NCBI GenBank assembly: GCA_963806855.1 | Contig: CAWDYW010000003.1 | Coordinates: forward strand, 256,001 to 320,000 | DNA: 64,000 bases | Origin: an uncultured Verrucomicrobiae bacterium | GTDB taxonomy: Bacteria > Chlamydiota > Chlamydiia > Chlamydiales > Rhabdochlamydiaceae | Direction of reading: 5' to 3' | Shown here: positions 50,207 through 59,016 of the stretch, piece by piece | Layout of the letters: every line of letters starts with the position of its first letter | Numbering within the stretch: the first letter of the stretch is position 1 | Made by a program: the position numbers and the translations under genes | Notes under the pieces: model-generated | Seen by the model: the letters and a program-made list of their open reading frames with translations, nothing else | Told to the model about the DNA's origin: nothing | Database searches by the model: none

Positions 50207-52408
50207 ATGAGCTATTGGAATATTAATTGGACCCACTTTGTAGGTTCATTAGATTGGTTAACGCCCGTAACTGAAGAAAAGTGCCGAGAACTAGTGGGAG
50301 CAAAGTTTATTTATGATTGTGCTAGCACTGAATGGCGGCAGAATATTCGGTTCGGTTTGAGTGTCGGCAGAGTTATTACTATTTTTTCGGCAAGTGTGGC
50401 TATTGCGGTGTTATTAGCAAAAATATGGGAAAATCGCAAAGCCTACGCTGCTGCAAAAGCTTCCCTCGAAGAGGATCGCCAAGATTTAAAGGTCGCAAGG
50501 GAGAAAAACCGTTTAATAGATGTCAAGCTTTGCAAGAATGTCATTAGATCTGCTGAGGAATCAGAAAAACTGCCTGAGATCAAACGGATGATCGCAGCGG
50601 GTCAAGATCTCGATTCCCGTGTACATAAATGTGGTAGAACCCATTTGCACCGCGCGGTTGGAAAAGGGCAAGATGGGATCGTCAATGAGCTGCTCAAGGC
50701 AAGAGCTGCCGTCGATCTTCCGGATGAAAATGGGCAAACAGCGCTCCATATCGCCTGCAAGAAAGGGCAAATTGCAATAGCAAAAAAATTGATCGCAGCA
50801 GGGGCCTCCCGAGTAGCTCGTGATCATCAGGGAAGAACCCCTTTAATGCTGTTAATGGAAGGGGGATATGGCGGGACGATCGATTTTCTCATCATCGGGG
50901 ATCTCAATAAGCCTAGCTCCGCAGGATTGACTCCGCTCCATTTAGCCGCTTCCCAAGGAATGGAGAGTTGGATTGAACCATTGCTGAAAGCGGGAGCCGA
51001 TCCGATGGTGCGCGATCCAATGGGCAGAACGTGTATTGAGCGGCTTTTAGAAGACCAGTTACCTATTGACTCCTTTAATCGTCGCTATTTTGTCGACTGT
51101 TCTAAGGAGGAGAGGAAAGAAGGGGCTAATGACGTTCTTGAAGCATTTTCAAGACTCAATTTGCGTACTCAATGGTCAGTGAAGCAGTTCATGAGGAACA
51201 TAGCTAAAAGACTATCTCCAGGCACTGCTCATGATGCTGTTGACAGCGCCACGAAAAAAGATCCCTATTTTACCATAAAGCCTAAGGATGGAGGTGAAAT
51301 CTATCTACTTGGGGTTGCGCTTCTCAATATCTGGAAGAAATTGGGATATGAGAACGCTTTAACAGGCGAAAACTTTTCAATTACCTCTAAAGCTAGAAAA
51401 ATTGCCCCTAGCGCAAAACTTCTTTTGGACAAAATGGATGATTGGACCCCCGCATTGCAGATGCTTGTCAAAAGGCAATATCGGGATAAGGGCGAGAGGA
51501 AAACTCTCATCAAAGAGCTGATCGCGAGTCCAAAAGTCGATCTGAATCGGGTAAGTGTGGTTGATGCCCTACGCAATGCTCGCGGGAACTTTGAGGTTGT
51601 TCATATGCTCCTCGACTCAGGCAAGATTCAGAGTGTAGATTCCGATGCCCATGTGGCAGCTGAAGTAGGGGCCTATACTGTATTGGAAGAGCTCCAGAAA
51701 AAGGGGGTCAATCTGACAGATTGTGATTCGGCTCTTCTTGAAGCCATTAAAGGGAGGCATGAAAATTGCATCCGGTTATTGGTGAAAAACATGGATTTAG
51801 GCAAACTTAAAAACCTCAGGCTTAATGGGCTCACTTTAGATGCCTATGCCCTAGTATATGCTCCTCGAGGCTTAAGAGAGGCGTTAACTGAAAAAGGATT
51901 TGATTTTAGGAAATGTAGTCCCGATAGTGTCAAAAGAGCATTGAAGGATATCTTTCTTAAAGACCTCAAATTTTTCATAGAGAAAACGGTCGTAAATATT
52001 GCTGAGCTCAACACGCTCATTAGAGAACTCGAAGGAACGGAGCCTCACCCAAGCCTCTTATTTAAGAAGCTGGAACTTGGAATCGACTACTTCTTAAAGA
52101 TCGTCGAGATAGAAGAGGAAGCTCGAGCTCAAGGTAAGGCTGTAGCCGAAATCCCGATGCCGTTTGGAGACTATTTTAATTTGAGAAGGGCCATGGGCGA
52201 GATAGGCAATTTCAATATTGTCCCGCACATTTTAGGACAGCTTTTGGAACAATTGCCTAAGGGATTTAAAAATTTCTTTGAAGTCGAGCAAAGTCTGCAG
52301 GGATTGGCTTCGGCAGGAAAATTGGCTGTTCACCCAAGCAAAATCCCTCCGAGCATGTCTAGAAAATTTAAGGAAAAAGTGAGAATGAGCTATAATCAGT
52401 TGAATTAA
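50207..52408 (+). CDS. Ankyrin repeat protein with an N-terminal TM
   Basis: GRTHLH, GQTALH, GRTPLM, GLTPLH; ATG 50207 follows GGAGGAG. Confidence 0.88.
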   Translation: MSYWNINWTHFVGSLDWLTPVTEEKCRELVGAKFIYDCASTEWRQNIRFGLSVGRVITIFSASVAIAVLLAKIWENRKAYAAAKASLEEDRQDLKVAREKNRLIDVKLCKNVIRSAEESEKLPEIKRMIAAGQDLDSRVHKCGRTHLHRAVGKGQDGIVNELLKARAAVDLPDENGQTALHIACKKGQIAIAKKLIAAGASRVARDHQGRTPLMLLMEGGYGGTIDFLIIGDLNKPSSAGLTPLHLAASQGMESWIEPLLKAGADPMVRDPMGRTCIERLLEDQLPIDSFNRRYFVDCSKEERKEGANDVLEAFSRLNLRTQWSVKQFMRNIAKRLSPGTAHDAVDSATKKDPYFTIKPKDGGEIYLLGVALLNIWKKLGYENALTGENFSITSKARKIAPSAKLLLDKMDDWTPALQMLVKRQYRDKGERKTLIKELIASPKVDLNRVSVVDALRNARGNFEVVHMLLDSGKIQSVDSDAHVAAEVGAYTVLEELQKKGVNLTDCDSALLEAIKGRHENCIRLLVKNMDLGKLKNLRLNGLTLDAYALVYAPRGLREALTEKGFDFRKCSPDSVKRALKDIFLKDLKFFIEKTVVNIAELNTLIRELEGTEPHPSLLFKKLELGIDYFLKIVEIEEEARAQGKAVAEIPMPFGDYFNLRRAMGEIGNFNIVPHILGQLLEQLPKGFKNFFEVEQSLQGLASAGKLAVHPSKIPPSMSRKFKEKVRMSYNQLN

Positions 52409-52439
52409 GACCGTTTCCTGCATTAAACTGTAACAGTAT

Positions 52440-52513
52440 GGACTGATAGCTCAGCTGGATAGAGCATCCGCCTTCTAAGCGGACGGTCGCAGGTTCAAGT
52501 CCTGCTCAGTCCG
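52440..52513 (+). tRNA. tRNA-Arg(TCT)
   Basis: GGACTGATAGCTCAGCTGGATAGAGCATCCGCCTTCTAAGCGGACGGTCGCAGGTTCAAGTCCTGCTCAGTCCG. Confidence 0.96.
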
Positions 52514-52520
52514 ATCTATT

Positions 52521-52686
52521 TACCTGAGTTTCAGGTTTGTTTGCCTGATACTCAAGTTCTTCCGGCCTTTTTTCGATTTTTGAGCCTTGGTAAGATGCTC
52601 GTCCCGATATTACCTTCGGCTCAAAAAACAAAAATAGGCTCGGAATTTACTTGACTCTCAGGGCAAATAAACCCGAAACTCAGGTA
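52521..52686. mobile_element. 166-bp MITE-like palindromic element with TA ends
   Basis: tacctgagtttcaggtttgtttgcc ... ggcaaataaacccgaaactcaggta, with further internal pairing (ttttgagcc/ggctcaaaa). Confidence 0.8.
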
Positions 52687-52698
52687 TTTGAGTATCCT

Positions 52699-55344
52699 AT
52701 GGCCAAACAGACACTACAACGTTTCGTCAATAAGTCCAAAAATTTGGGCGATTTCGTTTTATCCGCTTACCGTTTTGAGAATCTCGATGAGGTTTTTAGA
52801 CCGTTTAAAACAGCAGATTTTGAACGGTTCAACCACAAGCAGAAAAGCGACCTGGTAAACCGGGCTCTGTTGGAGCTGATCTTAAAAGCCCCCGACACTT
52901 TTCTTTTGATCGCCATGATCGAGTACATGGACAAGATCGCCCGTGAGAACATTCTGATCAACTACGTCCTGAACAGTTTTGAACTCTGGCTCAACCAGTT
53001 TTCTGGTCTTAGCGAGGAGGAAAACTATCGGGTCCGAGGCAAAATCATCGGGAAAGAGATCCCCCGCGATGAATATCAGGTGCTCTTTCCTATCGGAATG
53101 GGGAAGGTCCATCCTGGAAGCCACTATGTCACCGCGCATGCTTCGCCGGATCTCGATACCACTGTGGCCTCATTTTGGGGCTGGGTCGATGCGTTCGGCG
53201 CTCGGGTTGCCGAAGGGGTCCATATTTGGAATGTCCCCGGCGGCGCGCCCCAATCGAGCATCGAAGTGGCCCTGCTCTTCTATCACATCTTTGGGCAAAA
53301 CGTCTTTGGCCACTTAGCGAAAACGAGGAGCACCCTGGCGTTGTCGAGCTTAGAGCTCATGACCCAGCGGGGCGTGATCAACCAGCTCACCAACCAATCT
53401 TCCCTGATGATCGATCACGAACGGGCCCAAAAGGCGATTATCTTGGTCGACCAAGGGGGATACTACTTAGGCGACTGGCGTAATTTCGATATCGAAGGGG
53501 TCAGGCAGGTGATTCTGCTGCTCAATAACTGCTTGCGCTGGTTCGAGAACAACCTCCATATCGGCCTCATCTCCCTCTTCGCAAAGGAAAATCTCTCTAA
53601 AAGCGACTTCCCCAAATTTGTCGACAAAACTTTCGAGATCAAAATCCACGACTCTGATCCGGCCCGCGAATTCAATGAGAAGCAGGTGCGGCACATCGAG
53701 GCTTATTTGCGCAAAGTGCTGAAGATCGAGCAGGGATTGAGCGCCACTTTTTCAGAGTTTGCCCGGGGCCTCCAGGCGTGCGGTGTGAACAATTTCCAAG
53801 AGTGGATCGACAAGGTGCGCGGTTTAGAGCGCTCCGATCTATTTGATGCCAAGGGCAAGCTGATTGAAAATCGACCCAAAATCTTCCACCACCTCGAAGA
53901 AATTATTTCTCAGCTCGATCAGGCCATCCAGAGCATCCGCGCCTATACCGAGCGGCTCGATGTTGCCCTCAAAATCAAGAGCGATGTATTTGGATACTTG
54001 CCCCAAGTGGTCAGCTACCGAGCCGATGTTGAAGAGCTGCGCAGCAAGATGGGCAACTACCACTATTTGACCGTCACCTCCAGCGACGAAGAGGGGAAAA
54101 TGCTCCCGCTCGGCGTCGTGCGGGCCCGCGATCTCTTCCAGCCTATCTTGGGGACCGTCACCTTACGCGATTTCTGCAACCGCGATGAGACCAAGATCCC
54201 CTCCTATCTCGAAGTAATCAGCGTCATCGACCACCATAAAAGCACCCTGCAAACCTCTACCGCTCCCGTCGCCTATCTCTCCGATGCCCAGTCATCTAAC
54301 ACCGTCGTCGCCCAGCTGGCCTTTGTGATTAACGATCGCTACGCTACCTGTGGCATGAGCCCAAAGGAGATCGAGGAGCAGATCGACGAGGTGAAAAAAA
54401 ACCTCTCCTCTTCTAGCAGCAAACGGATCCTCCAAAAACTGCTCAAACAACTGCAGGCGGTAAGCACCACTCGAGTCTATTACATCGATCCTCTGCGTGA
54501 GTTTGTCGAATACCTCCATTTCCTCTATGCGATTCTCGATGATACCGATCTGCTCACCAAAGTCTCAAGGCGCGATGTCGAAATCGTTGCCGAATTGCTC
54601 AACCGTCTCAAGTCCCTCATGGAGGGCAAAGTGGTCGAAATCATCCATTTGGATGACATCAAGCGTGACGAGACCTACGTGCAGAATGCCGCCAGTCGAA
54701 TCCTCCACAATGCCGATATGTATTCACTCTATCGGAAGATCTACTTGGCCAAAGAGCAGCTGGTCGAAGAAAATTTCCTCCTCTGCGCGCAAGGGAAAGA
54801 GTCGAGCCTATTTGTCGACACCAAACAGCAAAACGGCTGCGTCAGTGTGGGGCAAACAAAGCTCTTTGCCAATAATTTCGCCTCATTCAAGGCTCATGCG
54901 GACAAACTGCGCGAAATTTGGGTCAAGCAATCGGAAGCATTTTTTGCCGATAGGCGCGAGTATGATCTCTACTTGCACATGATCAGCACCGTCCCTGGGG
55001 CTGAAGACCTCTTCAACGGCGCAGACAAGCAGCTCGCCTCAAAAGATGAGCTGTGGCTTTGGATCCCGATGACCGATCAGGCAATCGAGCATTTGAAGAG
55101 CTTCCTCAACGAATTCCGCTCCTCGCCCCAAATCATGCAGATGCAAAATGAGCTCGACCTCGAGTTCGTCGGCCCAAATGCGCACGAGCTCCATAAGATT
55201 TTCAATGAGAGCTTCTTGTCCGCGCCCTATCACCTCTCCAATGAGCATGGCAAATACTCGATGGCGATCATCCGCTTCCCAGCAGGCAAGATCAACTCGC
55301 GCAAAGCGATGATCTCTCCCTACCTGCCGAACTTAATTAGTTAG
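52699..55344 (+). CDS. Divergent DHH-family protein resembling a CBS-containing family II inorganic pyrophosphatase
   Basis: HASPDLDT, VISVIDHHK, QSSNTVV, AILDDTDLL, DTK..VSVGQ, SRKAMISPYL. Confidence 0.7.
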   Translation: MAKQTLQRFVNKSKNLGDFVLSAYRFENLDEVFRPFKTADFERFNHKQKSDLVNRALLELILKAPDTFLLIAMIEYMDKIARENILINYVLNSFELWLNQFSGLSEEENYRVRGKIIGKEIPRDEYQVLFPIGMGKVHPGSHYVTAHASPDLDTTVASFWGWVDAFGARVAEGVHIWNVPGGAPQSSIEVALLFYHIFGQNVFGHLAKTRSTLALSSLELMTQRGVINQLTNQSSLMIDHERAQKAIILVDQGGYYLGDWRNFDIEGVRQVILLLNNCLRWFENNLHIGLISLFAKENLSKSDFPKFVDKTFEIKIHDSDPAREFNEKQVRHIEAYLRKVLKIEQGLSATFSEFARGLQACGVNNFQEWIDKVRGLERSDLFDAKGKLIENRPKIFHHLEEIISQLDQAIQSIRAYTERLDVALKIKSDVFGYLPQVVSYRADVEELRSKMGNYHYLTVTSSDEEGKMLPLGVVRARDLFQPILGTVTLRDFCNRDETKIPSYLEVISVIDHHKSTLQTSTAPVAYLSDAQSSNTVVAQLAFVINDRYATCGMSPKEIEEQIDEVKKNLSSSSSKRILQKLLKQLQAVSTTRVYYIDPLREFVEYLHFLYAILDDTDLLTKVSRRDVEIVAELLNRLKSLMEGKVVEIIHLDDIKRDETYVQNAASRILHNADMYSLYRKIYLAKEQLVEENFLLCAQGKESSLFVDTKQQNGCVSVGQTKLFANNFASFKAHADKLREIWVKQSEAFFADRREYDLYLHMISTVPGAEDLFNGADKQLASKDELWLWIPMTDQAIEHLKSFLNEFRSSPQIMQMQNELDLEFVGPNAHELHKIFNESFLSAPYHLSNEHGKYSMAIIRFPAGKINSRKAMISPYLPNLIS

Positions 55345-55517
55345 ACCTCGAAAGTTATTCAAAATCAGTTAGTTACTTTTTTTAACATCAAAACTGTAAA
55401 CTCTAGATGACACTTTTTAGCTAAAGTTGTCTACTCGACTTTACACTTTTTTAGCAGTGGATGGAATGAAGATGAAATTCGGGGCCCAATTTCTCAGGCC
55501 CCAGAAAATTGTAGAAA

Positions 55518-55784
55518 TTAGCTTTCCTCTTTGGATTCGCCTTCGCCTTCGTCTTCCTCAATGATTTCAAGGTTGACGCGGATGCCGTTGCGGCTGGCAA
55601 CAGACATGAGCAGAGTGCGGATGGCGTTGATGGTTTTTCCCTTTTTGCCGATGATTTTACCGATATCAGATTTCTCGACACCAAGTTCAATGATAAGTGT
55701 GTGTGTGCCCCCAATCTCATTGATGCGCACTTTATCTGGATTATCTACTAAGTTTTTGACGATGTATTCAACGAATTCTTTCAT
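55518..55784 (-). CDS. khpA: KH-domain RNA-binding protein KhpA
   Basis: MKEFVEYIVKNLVDNP..DIGKIIGKKGKTINAIRT. Confidence 0.92.
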   Translation of the reverse strand: MKEFVEYIVKNLVDNPDKVRINEIGGTHTLIIELGVEKSDIGKIIGKKGKTINAIRTLLMSVASRNGIRVNLEIIEEDEGEGESKEES

Positions 55785-55872
55785 TTTCGATCCTCATTCT
55801 GAATTTGAGAAGTTCAATCAACCTGTCCCATCTTCGGTGATAGGGACATGTCAAATTTCAAAATCAATTTTA

Positions 55873-56781
55873 CTAAGACTGTTGGATGAATTCAATAAAA
55901 TTTTTCATGTCAGGGGAAATCGGAGCGACTATTTCTAGTGGTTTCTCCGAAATCGGATGGGTAAATTTGATGGTGTGGGCATGGAGTAGCGGTCGTGTTG
56001 CTTTATACTTCTCATTGAGTGATTTGCTTCCATAAACTGGATCTCCGAGAAGGGGGCAGTTGAGGTGCTTGAGGTGTGCCCGAATTTGATGAGTGCGGCC
56101 AGTGATCAGCTGCACATCAATGAAGCATAGTCCATTATTCCTCTGCAGGATCTTAAAGCAGCTGATCGCCTCTTTTCCATCTTCGCTGACGGTCATCTCT
56201 TGCCGCCGTATCGGGTGCCGTTTAATTGGGGCCGAGAGCTGCCCTTCTTTGGGCACGCCGCAGCAGATGGCGAGGTAATGCTTTTCGATGGCGCGGGTCG
56301 AAAATTTTTCGATCATTTTTTTGTGGGCGAGCGAGGTCTTGACTCCGATGAGGACGCCGGTGGTCTCTTTGTCGAGCCTGTGGACGATACCGGGGCGGAG
56401 TGTGGTAAATTCAGTAGGATTGAGTTGGCTGCAATGGTAGAGAAGGGCGTTGGCAAAGGTGCCTGAAGGGGAGCCAGGTGCGGGGTGGACGACCATGCCA
56501 GCGGGCTTATTGATGATGAGCAGATGATCATCTTCGTAGAGGATGTCGAGGGGAATCGGTTCGGGTTTAACGTCGATTTCAGGGGTGAGCAGAAAGGAGA
56601 TCTCGATCTCATCGCCAACGGCGGGGCGGTATTGTTTTTTGACCAGGAGTCCGTTGACGAGGACGCACCCTTCTTCAATCAGATATTGGAAATAGGTGCG
56701 GGAGTGGTCAGGGAAGTGATTTTTGAGGATTTTATCGAGCCGCACTCCGAGATCCTCTTCGGAAATGATGAGGTTAGTCAT
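55873..56781 (-). CDS. rluD: RluD/RluA-family pseudouridine synthase
   Basis: S4 domain, INKPAGMVVHP, GIVHRLDKETTG, TGRTHQIR. Confidence 0.9.
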   Translation of the reverse strand: MTNLIISEEDLGVRLDKILKNHFPDHSRTYFQYLIEEGCVLVNGLLVKKQYRPAVGDEIEISFLLTPEIDVKPEPIPLDILYEDDHLLIINKPAGMVVHPAPGSPSGTFANALLYHCSQLNPTEFTTLRPGIVHRLDKETTGVLIGVKTSLAHKKMIEKFSTRAIEKHYLAICCGVPKEGQLSAPIKRHPIRRQEMTVSEDGKEAISCFKILQRNNGLCFIDVQLITGRTHQIRAHLKHLNCPLLGDPVYGSKSLNEKYKATRPLLHAHTIKFTHPISEKPLEIVAPISPDMKNFIEFIQQS

Positions 56782-57058
56782 CTTTGTCCTCGATCACTTT
56801 TTTGAGTTTCTCGGCGGCCTTTTTAACTTCTGCGTCCTGGCGCTTGATCTCGTCGATGACCGATTTGAGGAGGTTGTTGATGATCGCTTGCATCTCTTTG
56901 GCAGTCGGCTCGGCGCCGGTCTTGGCAAACATCTTGGCAAAGGGGGACTTGAGCAGCTCGGCATCGTAGGCGCTTTGAGCGGGGGATTCGGGCTTTGATG
57001 GCCCGGCCGATTCTGGTTGGTGGGGCGGGGGGCCTGCTGGTGGAGTAACTGATGGCAT
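56774..57058 (-). CDS. Small hypothetical protein
   Basis: GAGG RBS; overlaps the rluD start; Pro-rich N-terminus plus a coiled coil. Confidence 0.65.
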   Translation of the reverse strand: MPSVTPPAGPPPHQPESAGPSKPESPAQSAYDAELLKSPFAKMFAKTGAEPTAKEMQAIINNLLKSVIDEIKRQDAEVKKAAEKLKKVIEDKDD

Positions 57059-57168
57059 ATATCACCTCTCTCACTATAGAATAGTAGAAAATTGATAAAG
57101 ATTCAAGGACAGCTTTTAATTAAAAAAATATTTGCATCCGAATCTTAATTTATTGAAAATGAGTCGTT

Positions 57169-57579
57169 ATGGAATCGATTAAGGCAAAAGCTTTTGCTCT
57201 GTTGGCTAGGAAGGCTTATTTCTCTAAACAATTGAGGCTCAAGCTCGCAGAGAAGGGTTATCCCAAGGAAGAGATCGAGGCATTGATTGCTGAGTTTATC
57301 CGAAGGGGATGGCTCAATGACCAAGAATTGGCAAATCGTTATGTCGAGCAGCAGCGGCAGAAGGGATATGGGGCCAGGCGGATTGCGCTGCAACTGCGAG
57401 AGAAGGCCGGACAGGTCGAGGTTGCCTTGGAGGAATCAGAAGAGGTTTTAGCAGCCTTGATTCAGAAGAAATATTTAGGTAAGCTCCAGGAAAATAGGAA
57501 CAAGGTAATCCAGGCGCTCCTTCGCCGCGGTTTCTCCTACGACTTAATCTGTAAGGCATTAAACGAGGACTTTAGATGA
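57169..57579 (+). CDS. recX: Regulatory protein RecX
   Basis: GWLNDQELA..KGYGARRIALQL..LLRRGFSYD. Confidence 0.9.
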   Translation: MESIKAKAFALLARKAYFSKQLRLKLAEKGYPKEEIEALIAEFIRRGWLNDQELANRYVEQQRQKGYGARRIALQLREKAGQVEVALEESEEVLAALIQKKYLGKLQENRNKVIQALLRRGFSYDLICKALNEDFR

Positions 57580-58637
57580 GAATTCTCATTGCACTTTTGT
57601 TAGTTTTTTCAGCGATCCTCCAGGCTCAGGAGGTTCACGAAGGGGACTATTTTGTCACGGGGGGCAATGTGGAGATCGCCATGGTGGTCAAGGGCGATGT
57701 CTTTGCCGTTGGCTCGCAGGTCACTGTGAAAGGCCGGGTCGAAGGGGATGTGATTGCCGCTGGAAGTACGCTTCAGATTGATGGCGATGTGCTCGGCAAT
57801 GTCCGGGCGATTGGTGGACAGGTGATCATAAATGGTACCATCGGGAAAAATTTGACTGCGCTAGGTGGAACTCTAATGCTGAATCAGGGGTCATCGGTGA
57901 AGGGTAATGCTGTCTTTACAGGCGGCGAGGCGAGGCTATCGGGTGTTGTAGAGGGGAGGGTCTCTTTGAATTGTTCCTCAGCTCGGATTAATGGGAAAAT
58001 TGGGGGGCGATTGAAGGGGCGCATTGGAGAGCTGCATATTGGACCCCAAAGTGAGATCGGCGGCAATTTGGAATATGAAAGTGGCACCGAAGGGAAAGTT
58101 GATCCAGAGGCAAAGATTGAAGGGCAGGTGATTTACCACCCTTCTCACTTTAAGAGTTTTTTTGGTAAGGAATGGAAACAGAAAGTGATTGTCGGATCGA
58201 AGTTGCTGGCGATTTCGATGAACCTGCTGTTTAGCTTTGTCTTTGGGGTGCTTTATATTAAATTGTTTCCACACGGCTTTCATGATGCCTTGAAGTTTCT
58301 CAAAAAACGGCCTTGGACTTCTGCTGGAATAGGGTTATTGACGATGATTTTATTGCCGATTCTCTGCCTGCTTCTTTTAGTCTCCGTTTTGGGTTTCCCT
58401 ATCGGCCTTGCGCTGATCGCATTCAGCTTGCTCACCTTCTATACCGCAAAGGTTGTGCCGATTGTTTGGATTACCCATGCAGTATTTCCAAAAATGGGGA
58501 TCTATTGGGGCCTTTTCTTAGGGCTGGTCCTCTTTTTTATTCTTCTGCAGATTCCCTTTTTTGGTGGGCTCCTCTCCATTAGCTTTATCTTGCTGGGACT
58601 CGGGGCGGCCATGATGGCAAAGAGCTCTCAGAAATAA
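57576..58637 (+). CDS. Beta-helix (polymer-forming/bactofilin-like repeat) membrane protein
   Basis: Signal peptide, VxGDVxAxG repeats, about 5 C-terminal TMs. Confidence 0.8.
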   Translation: MRILIALLLVFSAILQAQEVHEGDYFVTGGNVEIAMVVKGDVFAVGSQVTVKGRVEGDVIAAGSTLQIDGDVLGNVRAIGGQVIINGTIGKNLTALGGTLMLNQGSSVKGNAVFTGGEARLSGVVEGRVSLNCSSARINGKIGGRLKGRIGELHIGPQSEIGGNLEYESGTEGKVDPEAKIEGQVIYHPSHFKSFFGKEWKQKVIVGSKLLAISMNLLFSFVFGVLYIKLFPHGFHDALKFLKKRPWTSAGIGLLTMILLPILCLLLLVSVLGFPIGLALIAFSLLTFYTAKVVPIVWITHAVFPKMGIYWGLFLGLVLFFILLQIPFFGGLLSISFILLGLGAAMMAKSSQK

Positions 58638-58682
58638 TTCGGGCATGGGTAATTAACCATAAGTTGGCAAAGCGTTTTGAAG

Positions 58683-58971
58683 TTAATATAGACATGTCGG
58701 GTTACACAGCACTTCGTGTCCAGTGTCCCTGACTGTTACCCATATCTTTTACTATGGGGAGTACTAGAAACGCGAAGCGCCTCTGTGTCCTCTGTGCCCT
58801 CTGTGGTGATAATTTTTTTTTAATTTTACCACCCTTTCACTCCGCTCACTAGAGAGCACAGAGGACACAGAGCCGCTTCGCGTAGGCCTACTTTTCTCTC
58901 TATAAAAAATGTGGGTAACAGTCAGGGACACTGGACACGAAGTGCTGTGTAACCCGACATGTCTATATTAA
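58683..58971. mobile_element. Nested palindromic element with perfect 60-bp terminal inverted repeats
   Basis: 58683-58742 is the exact reverse complement of 58912-58971; inner REP-like hairpin at 58770-58883. Confidence 0.88.
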
Positions 58972-59016
58972 GCCAAAGAACCTGTACCGATTTATGAGTA
59001 AAAGGGGCAGGGGCTC

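Noticed and set aside
47600..52513. Prophage or integrative element at tRNA-Arg
   Set aside because: No integrase, phage genes or duplicated tRNA 3' end were found.
52651..52698. TTG-start extension of the PPase-like ORF
   Set aside because: Lies largely within the palindromic element; ATG 52699 is preferred.
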